This document shows positions 1 to 11,800 of a stretch of 64,000 nt of DNA, one piece after another. The position numbers and the translations under genes were made by a program. The notes under the pieces were generated by a model, which saw only the letters and a list, made by a program, of their open reading frames with translations, ran no database searches and had not been told where the DNA came from. Origin of the DNA: Felis catus (Eukaryota); NCBI RefSeq assembly GCF_018350175.1, contig NC_058368.1:172114001-172178000 (forward strand), given 5' to 3'. Every line of letters begins with the position of its first letter. The stretch's first letter is position 1.

Positions 1-6
1 CAAGTG

Positions 7-43
<37 letters not shown>

Positions 44-316
44 TCTGTCTCTCTCATTCCTCCCCCACACCTACCCCCAGGCCAGGTCAGCTGAGCTCTT
101 GACCGCTCTGCCTCCTTTTCTCTTCAGGTCTTTCAGCTTTGCCCTCCTCCTTGTGTCAGCTTTATCCTCAGGATGACGGTCACCAGCCAGACCCAAGACC
201 TGACCTGTACCACTCACCCGCTTGTACCCACCAACCTTCGTTCCACATTTTTCCTTAAGTTCTTCTTTCCAGCTTATCTCTTAACACAGGCAAAAGACCT
301 GAGGGCATAGCATCCC

Positions 317-784
317 TGAAAGAAACTAAAGCCACCCTTCAAACAATGACTGCCTGCAAGAAAAGTGCCGCTGGCCCAGGCCACCCAGACCAACTGGAAC
401 GTAACCCCCCACTCACAGGTGCGCAAATGGACCTTGGAGACACTGACAGTTACCTTTCTCTCATTATTATACTAAAATCTCCACCCAAGGAGAAGCACAA
501 GCCTCATTGTCATAACCTGCAATGTAGGTATAGATAGGCATGTTTCCTTAGGGTGTGTGTAGGATGCCCACCTCTACATATGGTGACAAGGCTCCCCTTC
601 CTAACTATTCATCCCAACCTTAAATAAAAGGAGCCCATTCAGACTTGCTCCAGGAGTCGTGGCTTTGGAAGTTATTCCCATGATCTCCTTACTTGCCGCA
701 AATATAGTTTACTCTGTGTGACAACTCCACCTGCTGTAGTTTCTATGACTCACCAATGAGTGAACTCACATGAGTTTGGGTACA
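317..784 (+). mobile_element. Solo ERV LTR (family not determined)
   Basis: TG...CA ends (tgaaag...ggtaca), internal TATA-like taaataaaagg and an LTR-like 3' portion. Confidence 0.5.
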
Positions 785-1079
785 GTTCCACATATCATAT
801 CCTGACTCGATGACGTTTCATTAAAAAAGAGAGACTTTTACATCTTAAGGATGTAAGCAGGAGTCCTAAGATTCACAGAATGGTTGCTAACAAGGGATGT
901 AATCTGATGATTCACTGAGGCCAACCGGAGCCAAATCCTGGAGCCAAGAGTGTGCTGGTTTTCTGCGCAGCCACGCATGCTCCATGTGAAACTGAGGACT
1001 GCATGTCTGAATCATGATTCTGTTCAGAAAGATTAAGAGGTGAATTCAAACACAGACTGAAACATAATTTGCCATGTGC

Positions 1080-2249
1080 CCCTCAGGAAAATATGGACTT
1101 CCTTATTCAAAAGGCAGGAAAAAAGTGTCACTGAAAGTACTAAATTATAAAACCTTTTCCTTTTCTCTATGGTCTTTCAATTTGCCATGGTGTTTTTATT
1201 TGATATTCATTGTCATCCTAAGTAAAGGACAACTAACATTTTAAATTGTTACAATATCATCATTCATCTTTATATTGTGCGTTGCCAACTTTAAATGCAG
1301 ATATAAGAACATTTAACTCACATAGAATCACCAAAATTATACAACTCACATTTCATAGCTGGTACATGCATGGTGTATTTTATTCTTACAAAAACGGTGG
1401 AAACACTGCACAAAATTAACCCGTCTGTGTTCCTGTCACTTCTTGCTGTGCACACATTCTACCATACTCTCTACATTTGGCTTATGATGAATGAGGTGAA
1501 AGGAACTAGAGAAAAGTGTCTTTCACTTTCCTTCAGTGTCACCATTTTTAGCATAAGTGGTTGGTTAATATAGGGAATTAATAGGAAAGTAACATGACAG
1601 GGTTCCTTGGTTCTTTGTGTTTCTGAGACTGTCACTGTCTTCTTTTTGCATCTGAAGCAAGTTCTGATTTATAGGAAGATGTCAGGGCTCACAGTGATCC
1701 CACTTACTCAGTTTAACATGGTTACCTTGTCTCACTTTCAATCTGGTTGAACTTCCATGAATCACGGGCTCACGGAAATTCTGTTCTCATGGGATATTTA
1801 AAATGCTATATGCAATTGGGGCAGCAAAGAGTGAGTACACACACATTATTACATGTATCTCCTCTGCTTAAGTGCACACTCCTTTGTCTTACCAATTTCA
1901 TTCACAGAACACAACTTCAAAAATGAGATCAGTGAGAATTTTAAGATGGTGGGCACCTGGGAGGCTCAGTTGGTTGAGTATCTGACTTCGGCTCAGGTCA
2001 TGATCTCCCAGTTCATGAGTTCCAGCCCTGCATGGAGCTTGCTGCTGTCGGTGCACAGCCCACTTCGGATCCTCTGTCCCCTTCTCCCTGCCCCTCCCCC
2101 CACTCACTCTCTTTCTCAAAAATAAATAAACATTAAAAAAATTAAAGATGGTGATGGGAGAGCATTAAAGCAAGCATGGGGCTTTTCTGAGTACAGGGCC
2201 TTGTGTGTCACACACGCACAGGCCACGCACGCACCAAGAAGCAGGCCTT
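1080..2249 (-). mobile_element. Old hAT-Tip100 (Zaphod-like) DNA transposon fragment, interrupted by a SINE
   Basis: 2160-2249 resembles the reverse complement of the Zaphod terminus (cagggccggcttc...), recalled from memory; left boundary uncertain. Confidence 0.45.
1951..2141 (+). mobile_element. Carnivore SINE (SINEC)
   Basis: gggcacctgggaggctcag head, CT-rich tract, A tail, flanking aagatggtg duplication. Confidence 0.92.
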
Positions 2250-2839
2250 GGTGAATGAGTGCTGGGTAAACAAGCAAGAATGTCCACTACAAGACACATT
2301 TACTGAAACGAGAAAGATTGACTATGGAGAATAGTTTGTGTGTAAAAAATCAAGATCCTTTATATACATAGCAAACGTTTATTTCTTGCTTGGGCAGACT
2401 CTGAAGCAGATGTTCTGCTGTAGCTCCTCTCCAGGTCAAAAATTTAGAAACCTGTACTCCTCCCACAGTTTCAAGGGTCTTGTGCTTCCAGGTGGGAAGA
2501 GAAGGAAAGAGAGAATATAAAAATTACATGGGACATTGCAGGAATTGTGCTTAGAAGTTGGATGTATCACTTTTATCTTCATTTCATTGGCTAGAACTCA
2601 GTTATCTGCTTCCACCTAAATGTGAGGGGGCCTGTGAATCCCAGAAGAGGAAACGGGATTGCTCAGCATCTAGTAAGACTCCGATAGAGATCAATGAAGG
2701 TTTTGTTTTTTTGTTAGACATGACTAAAGCATTTTATATGCTATGGAAAATGATCCAGCGTTAGTGGGGCTGACAGAAAGGGCAAATATGTGTTGTTCTG
2801 TAAATGCTGACTTGAATCATAAGATATTTGTTGGTCGAA

Positions 2840-3490
2840 GGGTACACACTTTGTTATGAGATGCATAAATTCTAGAGACCTACTGTACAGCACGCTGACT
2901 AGAGCTAATAATGTTGTAATGTGTACTTGAAATTTGCTCAGAGTACATCCTAAGTGTTCTTACCACACACACAGAAAAGGTAAGTATGTGAGAGGATGGA
3001 TGTTCATTAGGTTGATTGTGGTAATCATTACATAATATCAAAACATCATGTTATATCTGCTATGGTCTGAATGTTTGTGTCCCCCCCGACCCATAAGTTC
3101 AACTCCTAGTGCCCAGTGTGATAGTATTAGGAGGTGAGGGCTTTGTGAAATGCTTAAGCCATGAATGTAGAGCCCTCGTGAATGGAATTAGTGCCCTTAT
3201 TAAAGAGAGCCCGGAAGGCTAGCTTGCCCCTTCCCACCATGCAAGGTTACAACCAGAAAGCACAGTCTATAAACTAGGAAATAGGTTCTCACCAGACACC
3301 AAATCTGCTAGTGCCATCATCTCGAACTTCCCAGCCTCCAGAATTATGAGAAATAAACGTGTGTTGTTTATCAGCCATGCAATTGATAGCATTTTTGTCA
3401 TAGTAGCCTGAATGGACTAGGACAACACCTTAAGTATGTACAATTTTTATTTGTCAATCACACCTTAATACAGCTGGAAAATAAATTTTA
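2840..3490 (+). mobile_element. L1MA-type 3' end split by an MLT1 LTR
   Basis: Typical L1MA 3' UTR sequence on both sides of 3058-3424, ending in an A-rich tail. Confidence 0.65.
3058..3424 (+). mobile_element. MLT1A-like ERVL-MaLR solo LTR
   Basis: Begins tgctatggtctgaatgtttgtgtccccc; contains cttccagcctccagaa and aataaa; ends ggactaggaca. Confidence 0.85.
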
Positions 3491-3544
3491 AAAAAACTTT
3501 GAAAGGATGTGAAAAGGCTTTGACAGACTTAATTTAATCTCATT

Positions 3545-3927
3545 TAATTAATTAATTTTTAATTTAATTTTTTATTTTTAAAATTTACATCCAAATTAGT
3601 TAGCATATAGTGCAACAATGATTTCAGGAGTAGATTCCTTAGTGCCCCTTACCCATTTAGCCCATCTCCCCTTCCACAACCCCTCCAGTAACCCTCAGTT
3701 TGTTCTCCATGAGTCTCTGCTGTTTTGTCCCCCTCCCTGTTTTTATATTATTTTTGTTTCCCTTCCCTTATGTTCATCTGTTTTGTCTCTTAAAGTCCTC
3801 ATATGAGTGACGTCATATGATTTTTGTCTTTCTCTGACTAATTTCACTTAGCATAATACCCTCCAGTTCCATCCACGTAGTTGCAAATGGCAAGATTTCA
3901 TTCTTTTTGATTGCTGAGTAGTACTCC

Positions 3928-3974
<47 letters not shown>

Positions 3975-4221
3975 ATATATATATATATATACCACTTCTT
4001 CTTTATCCATTCATCCATTGATGGACATTTGGGCTCTTTCCATACTTTGGCTATTGTTGATAGTGCTGCTATAAACATGGGAGTGCATATGTCCCTTCAA
4101 AACAGCACACCTGTATCCCATGGATAAATGCCTAGTAGTGTAATTAGGGTAGTTTTATTTCTAGTTTTTTGAGGAACCTCCATACTGTTTTCCAGAGTGG
4201 CTGCACCAGCGTGCACTCCCA
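3545..4221 (-). mobile_element. 5'-truncated carnivore L1 3' end with internal (TG)n(TA)n
   Basis: Minus-strand ORF2 C-terminal peptides MFIAALSTIAKVWKEPKCPS and [30 protein letters not shown]-rich tail on +; ttaatctc on both flanks. Confidence 0.92.
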
Positions 4222-5249
4222 ACTTAATCTCCTTTAATTTAAAAGAAGGTCAGTAAGCATATTACATATTTTTTAAAAGAATTTGATGACAGCTTGTTTT
4301 GTTGTAAAGATCATTGCATTTAAAAAAATATTATACTATAACATGCTGCAGAGACATTAATAGTAATTATTATTGTGTCATTCTCCCTAAAGCAGAATTC
4401 CTGAGTTCAGAAGAACTGAATTCTAGTCCTGGCTCCATTTCATACTGTCATTTAATCATTTAATCTCTATAAGCCTCATTAATCTCTTTGCCTATCCCAT
4501 GTAGTTAGAAAGACTAAATGAGATAGCATATTTTAAAACAGTAAAGGTTTTGATTGGCTCAATTATTTTAAAATTGTATCAGTATTATAACATAAGAACC
4601 CCAGCATCTCCCTTTGTCTTAATTCCAAACTCCACTTTATCTGCCTTTCTCAAGCGACGGGCTGCTGGGGATGGTTGGGTTTGAATGAGGCCTTGAATTC
4701 TTTGGAAGTCACGGCTCAGGGGACTGCCAGAAGGGCTGCTCTGCTGTGCACCCGTCTGGCTCCTAGATGTGTGTGTGGGTGAGGAAGCAGGGGTGGGATG
4801 GTGAATGGACAGGAAAGTAGCTTGGAAGATGCCCCCAGACATCTGTGGAATTCTCAGTGGGGAGATTGGCTTAGCACTATTTGGAAGTTTGGGGACTTGC
4901 AAGCCCCTCAGAGCTTAAAAAAAAGTAGAGTTGCATATCTGCCCCTGAGCTGAGACTTCAAAGAAATAAGGGAGCAGGAAGGCTTCCTCCAGGTCCTTTA
5001 GCAAGTGCCCAGTAGCCTGCTTCTTTGGATCTTTAACATTGACCCCTGGGGAAAAAACATCACTTGGTCTTCCACTATTGCTTCACTGCCATCATTTAGT
5101 GTAGTCTAAAAACCAGACTTGAGCTTCAAATGACACCTAAGAAAAACAGCCACTAAGACACCCCCTACATAGAAAAGAAGTTCAGTTAGGACATATACAA
5201 TGCATATCCAGCAAAATAGAACTATTGAAAAAGCTCCCCCTTCCCCTTA

Positions 5250-5677
5250 GCAATCCATTACACCATGCTGCCTGGACTTCCATCAGCTATCATCTGCATT
5301 TCTTTTGCCGGAGGGCTTTTTCTGGCCACCAGAGGCTGCCTTGCTGTGCATGTGGCAGGCTGGCGTACAGGCTCCAGGAGCATGCCTTAATCAAGGACTG
5401 ACGAAAGTTAGTATATAAATATCCCATCTTCCTCATCCCTTGGGTAGGATAACTCCGCAGCATGTGTTTTACCCTGGCCTCCAGAATTCTCCAGCGGGAT
5501 CAGCTCCAGTTACACACAGGGCTAACTTCCTTGATAATCCATTTTTTTGGCTTTCTTTGCTTCCTGACTCACTTTCCTACTCTACTACCATTCTTTCCTG
5601 GATCACCTCCCACATAAACTACTAGCACTCAAATCCTTGTCCCGGGGTCTGCTTCTTAGGAAACCCAAACTAAGACG
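5250..5677 (+). mobile_element. LTR16-like ERVL LTR
   Basis: Characteristic 3' end cactcaaatccttgtc...ggtctgcttct...aacccaaactaagac. Confidence 0.65.
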
Positions 5678-6073
5678 TGTAGTGTGCCAAGGGGATTGAA
5701 TAAAGCAAATAGAATACTTCTGTCTGTGCTCCCCTATTTGACTCCCAGAACACTTTCAGCTTGGTCTGGAAGGATTTTCTCTTTAGAGAATTTGATCAGC
5801 TGGAAAGAATGACCTACAGAAGCTGATGCCATGTGCTCCCAGCTAACAGCCCAGCCAGATCACCCCACGGTGAAGCTCTCAGGAAACAAGTTCCATCTAC
5901 ATTATAGCACTTAACTCTGGTTTTTTAGTTATGTATGCTTAAGTATGAGTGAATAGTTGAGGACCACCAGGAAACTTCCAATATGATAGATGGAGACCAA
6001 ATTAATAGCAAAAAGCAGCTGAGAGGAATAAGAGGCTATTCAGGAAGAAGAAAACTTTAAAAATGTACTGTTA

Positions 6074-6277
6074 GGGGCACTTGGGTGGCTCAGTTGGTTA
6101 AGCGTCTGATTTTGGCTCAGGTCATGATCTCATGGTTCCTGGGTCTGAGCCCTGCGTCCGCCCCTGTTCTGCCATCTCAGAGCCTGGGGCCTGATTTAGA
6201 TTCTGTGTCTCCCTCTCTCTGTGCCCCTCCCCCACTTGCACTCTGTCTCAAAAATAATCATTAAAAAATTTTTTTTA
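6074..6277 (+). mobile_element. SINEC
   Basis: SINE head and tail; TSD aaatgta(c/t)tgtta. Confidence 0.92.
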
Positions 6278-6728
6278 AATGTATTGTTAGTATCCTCATA
6301 GGGATAAGAAATCGATAAATCAGGCTATGACACCATAATGAAGAGACAGTTGAAGAACAAAAGAGAACTATAGAAAAGTGAAAATGGTATAGGCCACTGA
6401 AAGATAAATTTGAGTTCTCCAATAAGGAGCAAAAAGACAGATGGAAAACAGCAGAGTAAAATAGGTGGTAACAGGGCTCTCAAGTCAAGTTTGGCCTTGA
6501 GTATATATCAGAAGCTGAGTAGGAGAGCTATTAGAAGATAATAGTGTTGGAACAAAAGAAAATTAAACGTGGGCAGTTGTGCAGGCCAAGAATTGAGGCA
6601 GAGGTACTGGTTAGGTAGTTCTTGCACTAGTGAGGAGAAATAATGGGCACCTGATATAAAGAGTGGGCATTTGGACAGAAATTAAGAAAAAGATGAGATT
6701 AAATGGTAGAACTGGTGGGGTTTTGGGG

Positions 6729-7875
6729 TGACGGTGTGGTTCAGAGCTGATGGCCAGGAAAGAATTCTTGAAGATGTCCTTGGTGCAAAAAGGTGATTTC
6801 ATTAAAGCATGGGGACAGGACCCATGGGCAGAAAGAGCTGCACTGGGGTTGTGAAGAGTGACTGGTAATATATCTTCAGGTTAGAAGGGGGTTAGGAACA
6901 GCATAAGTTTCTAAGGAATTTTGGAAGTAAGGTTTGTTTCCAGGACTTTGAGGAGCTAGCTCTTGTTAGAAAAACATCATTTATTATTGTTTAGTAAAAC
7001 ATCAGTCATGAGACCCTTCAGATGTGTATCAGGGGGCCATAAGCCTGGAGCATGATTGCCAGCATATATCTTGCGGGGGGGTGGAGGGGTTGGGGGAATG
7101 GGGGTAGAGATAAAGGAAGTTTCCAAAGAATTTTTATGTGTTTAAGGAGACTCACAGGATCCTCAAGGGGTTAGGACAATGTTAAGCCAAGATTCCCTTT
7201 CGGCCCTAGCAAAGTGTCATCATCGAGGCAGCTGAGCTCCTCGAGGAAGGTCACTCTGCCTGTTTCAAGGACTTGTCAATGGGCTGTAGGCAGTAAGGGA
7301 ATTTAATTTTTCATTTGCCCTTGTTTCCCACATCGCCATGGTAAGCACTTAAACCCCCTACAATTTTTCTTAAATTATTTATTTATTTTTTTTGAGAGAG
7401 CACGATGGGGAGGGGCAGAGAGAGAAGGAGACAAGGAATCTGAAGCAGGTTCCAGGCTCTGAGCTGTCAGCACAGGTCCCAACACAGGGCTTGAACTTAC
7501 AAACCCAGAGATCATGACCTGAGCCGAAGTCGGATGCTTGAGTGACTGAACTGCCCAGCCATCCCAAAGCCCCTTACATCTTGATGAGGGTGATATTAGG
7601 GCTCCAGGAAACAGAATCTATAGGTTTCTGGAGATTAGGCTATGAATAAGATTGCCTTTCTCTTGGAGTTTACTAAGTTATCTGGAAACTTAAGGAGACT
7701 CCTGTCCTGAATGACTGTGATCTCTACCAGTCAGCCATTTGCTTTCTTTCCTTTTCCCTGTTCTTGGGCAGGCAGGAGTGTCTGAGGAATATCACGCATA
7801 TCCCACCTCCAGGGTTGGGGGGTGCTCTGCTGTTAGCCTGACTTGGCCCTCAGCTTGCCCCATGCTCCCTCATCA
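6729..7875 (-). mobile_element. Carnivore ERV solo LTR with a nested minus-strand SINEC (7364-7565)
   Basis: TG...CA bounded block (tgacggtgtgg...cctcatca) resembling carnivore LTR families; the SINE inside is clear. Confidence 0.55.
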
Positions 7876-8289
7876 GAATGAATTAAAGTTGTGACTGAGG
7901 GGTGCGTTTGTGTGGCTGTGAGTCTGATGTAAAAGGAGGAAGTTAAAGAATGATGAATCTAGATTTTTTTCTGCAAGATCCTAAATGGATTGGGCTCTAT
8001 TAAGTAAGATGAGGAATCAGTGAGGGCTAGTAGATTGGAGTATGTGTAGGAGGTAGAATGAAGATTCCCAAGTTCAGGTTCAATCAATATTTTCTCAGAT
8101 CTCACTAGGTGTCAGATAGTAGGATAAAGTTCTGTCTGGGTCCTTTGAGGAAAGGCAGAGGTAAGCCACCACACACACACACACACAAAAGACAACCGGT
8201 GTTTGTAGTTAAGAGGCACAGCCCTTGGCCTGGAGGCGATGGGACGACAATGAGTGTGCAGGATACTTGGTGACAGGAATTCCAAGTGC

Positions 8290-9420
8290 ACACTTGCGCA
8301 GGATGCGCCGTCGGCGCCTGCCCTGAAGAGGTACGAGCGCCTGCTTGGTCACCAAGAGGACATTTACACCACGCCAAACCCTAGGATGCAGTCTCCGAGT
8401 CTACCAGCAAGACCTGAATACTCTGGACTTTCTATAGTGCAAAGGAGGCATGGCGCGCATGCGCGTAGCCACCCCAGGGCTCAATCACAGGCGGCGGGAA
8501 GTTGGTTTTCTGAGTAGCAACTGAGCAGCTTGAAGACGGATTGGAGACGACAGACCAATAAACAAACATTTCATTGGCTCAGCTTGCTCAGCCTCCCAAT
8601 TCTACAGCTTCCCATTGGACATTTCAAGCAGAGCAGGGGCGTGACTCCCGGGGCTCCGCCCCGCGCTCTGGCCCAGGCTCGGGGTTCTGGGCTGAGGGAG
8701 CGGGACGGAAGTGAGCGGGTCCCGCCCCTTCCCCCTCTCTTTGCTGGAGCCGCTGCCGCCGCCGCTGCCCGCTTTCCGGCGAGCCGGAGTCTCCGTGCCG
8801 TACCCTTGGTCCCCGGCCGCGCGGAGCCGGGATGCACTGCTCCTGCTGTGGGTTCTCATCATGGAGACCAAACGGGTGGAGATTCCCGGCAGCGTCCTGG
8901 ACGATCTCTGCAGGTACCACGTCGCCCCTTGCTGCCACGGCCCCCACAGTCCCCTCCTCGTTTTCTGTCACGTTGGTCGACCCCGGAGGCCTCCGCGCCC
9001 CCTCCCCCCCGGCCGCATCCTTGTTCTCGCTTTCCGGTCCCGCCGCTGCTCGCTTTCCCGGGTCGACCCTTCTCTCCCACGACACCACCCGGTCTTTCAC
9101 CCGCAGCCTCCCGGTTTCTCACGGCCCCTCCGTCCTTCTTGCGGAGCACCGGAATTTCCTCATTTTCTTAGTTCCTAACTTTTGCTTTCCTGAAAGTGAA
9201 GCCGCTGCGCCAAAGTCTGGGTCTTGAGCGTTTTTCGGCTGCCTCTTCCCCCTCCCATTGTTTTTTTCTGCCTTTGATTTTTATAGAACCGCTCCCCCCG
9301 ACCCCCTCCGTCTTATTCCTCAATTCTGTCGAAAGACCCCAAAGTTTTGAATCTTCGTCCCACGCCCCCGGACCTACGTAGGGAGCAGTTTCAAACTTAC
9401 CCTTTCGCTCGTGTGTTCTT
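8290..9420 (+). promoter_or_regulatory. CpG island / TATA-less DCP2 promoter, 5' UTR and start of intron 1
   Basis: GC- and CpG-rich. NRF1 palindrome CGCGCATGCGCG 8454-8465; E2F-like GGCGGGAA 8493-8500; five CCAAT/ATTGG boxes 8540-8618; GC boxes ~8636-8662 and 8721-8728; ETS/GABP CGGAAGTG 8706-8713; pyrimidine tract 8725-8742. Confidence 0.9.
8861..8913 (+). CDS. DCP2: DCP2 exon 1, coding part ([18 protein letters not shown])
   Basis: ATG in strong Kozak context (atcATGg); donor AG|gtacca at 8914. Confidence 0.96.
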
Positions 9421-11765
9421 CCACGTCCCTGGCATTTTCTAAATTGCTCTAAAGAATTACTCCCTTGTTTATCCCCAAACTTACCGTTGGAAGGGGGAAA
9501 AAGTCTAGAGTTGCTTTTCTTTTCATTCTTCAATTTTCCTTGAAGGAGATTCTCAGCTGCAGGATTTTAACTCGTATACTTTTACAAGAGAAATTTTTTT
9601 GCATTCTTCCTGTTGTTAGCTATAATTTCAGATAGCGAAAATTGTAAAATGGACTTAAAATATTTTCTTTTCCCGAAGTAAAATTTTTCGTACAGTAACA
9701 TCCCGGGTTGTTGCCGGCTAAGTGGATTGTGAGATAACTTAAATTACAAGTGAGTAAAAGGCTCTGATAAAAAACAAAACAAAACATCTTTTCAAGTGTG
9801 TTTACTGTATTTATGTCTAGAATTCTGACTTTTAATAGTTGTGTCACATTCACGCTTTTTTTCCTTCTTCTTTTTTTTTTTTTTTTTTTTTTTAATGGGA
9901 AAGAAAGAACACACTTGTGGAGGTACTGTTGTGTGCCAGGCACTGGGTGCTCCTTTCTCATCTATCATTTTATTTAATCCTGGAAACAACTCTGGTAGGT
10001 GCAGTTCTTTACATTTTCATCTGACAAACAGACTTGGTTTGTAATCTACACAAGGTCACGTTTCTTGTAATTCAGAAAATCAGGATTTGAAACCTAGATC
10101 TTTTTCTCTACAATCAGTGCCTGTACTGTTTCTCCTATGCCAGGTAGGCCTTATAGAAAATCAAGTCTAACATTTTAAACCTCACAAAAGTACGCGTAGA
10201 TAAGTAAATAGACTAATTTTGCAACTAATAAGAATGTCACTGTACTTCTTTGGTGATGGTATGATTATAATTTTTGGAATATGATCGCTTCAAATGAACC
10301 ACTTAAAATGTGCTTATTTTCTATGATCCCAAATTTCATAAGAAAAAAAGAGATTTGAGGGGCGCCTGGGTGGCTCAGGTCATGATCTCTTGGTTCATGG
10401 ATTCGAGCCCCATGTCAGGCTCTGTGCTGACAGCTCAGAGCCTGGAGCCTGCTTTGGATTCTGTTTCCCTCTCTCCCTTCTTCCCCCACTCATGGTCTTT
10501 CTCTCAAAAATAAATAGACATTAAAAAAATTAAAAATATTTGATGTATATGTGTGTGGATAAATGGACGAACATGTACAAGAAGTGAGAGTATGATTTTT
10601 CTTGTTGTTTCCAAGATTTTTTAAAAGGATATGTGTTTTCTAGTTAGAAAAAAAGTAAAATGAGTACGTATTTGAAAAGGTGAGCAAGAATTATGTAGGG
10701 TTAATAGGGATACACATTAAAGAAAAAGATGGGTAATCTTATACATTTTAATAAAGTAATCTTTCTACTAGTATGGGTTTATTTTGGATACTACGGAGGA
10801 TTAAATACAATAACAAATAATTGTTGTGTTTTGTAAACAATACGTTAAACATCTGATGAATGTTAAAGATTCTTACTAGGTTTTCCAGTGAGTGTATTTA
10901 AGCAATTTTATACAGATTTTTTTGGAATAGAGTAACTTTTTTTTTCTTCAAGAAATGAGAGTAACTTTTTTGCAATTACTGTGTTTTGGTTATATAAATG
11001 AGGATTGTATGTTTAAAAACTAGGGCTAATTACCTGACAAACTAATAAACCAAATAACCATTTCTTAAAACTCTGAGTTTTAAAATAATGACATTTTAAT
11101 GTTAATATTTTAATGTTTTTGTTGATTAAAGATGTTTAATGTGAACAATTCAGGTTTTTTTGATTTGGGGCTTTTTTAGAGACAAATTCATACTTAGAAT
11201 TTGTTTAATTTCTTTAAACATAAAGCTTAAGTGGAAAAAGGTTAATTTTTCTGACTCCTTTGCTGTTTTAAGTACATCTTGATTTATGAGTTTGGTCTTG
11301 ACTCTTTTTGTTTTTACTCCCTTTTATGTTTTCCCCAATTATAGTGTTTAGTATTGTATTTAAGAGGTTTTTTGTTTGTTTTGTGTTGCCAATTTTTGAT
11401 AAGTTACATATTGCAAATCTTGCTTACTTCAGTCGTTGACCATATGTTAGTAACTTTTGGAGAAATGTATAGATTGATTTTGATGTGAAAAATTAGAGCA
11501 GGAGACTTACATTTTCAAGATATGACTTTGTAACCATTAGGCTGCTTATAATAACCTAGAACATGGAATGTTATTTTTACAGTGATTTCATATGCAACAT
11601 TTCATTTACTGGGATACTGTGCAGCCATTAGAAATTCCTAAGGTAAACAGTAAGCTGAGGGAAAATGTTTGTATCTTGAAATGATGTATGCAGTATACTA
11701 TTGAGCATAACACTTAGTCATTTGCTATCTTTTTTTAAAAGAAATGTTTTAATGTCTTATGTATA

Positions 11766-11800
<35 letters not shown>

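Noticed and set aside
8105..9533. Many long overlapping ORFs (up to 213 aa) on both strands
   Set aside because: Expected from stop-codon scarcity in a CpG island; low-complexity Pro/Arg/Gly/Ala content. Only 8861-8913 and the uORF from 8832 have supporting context.
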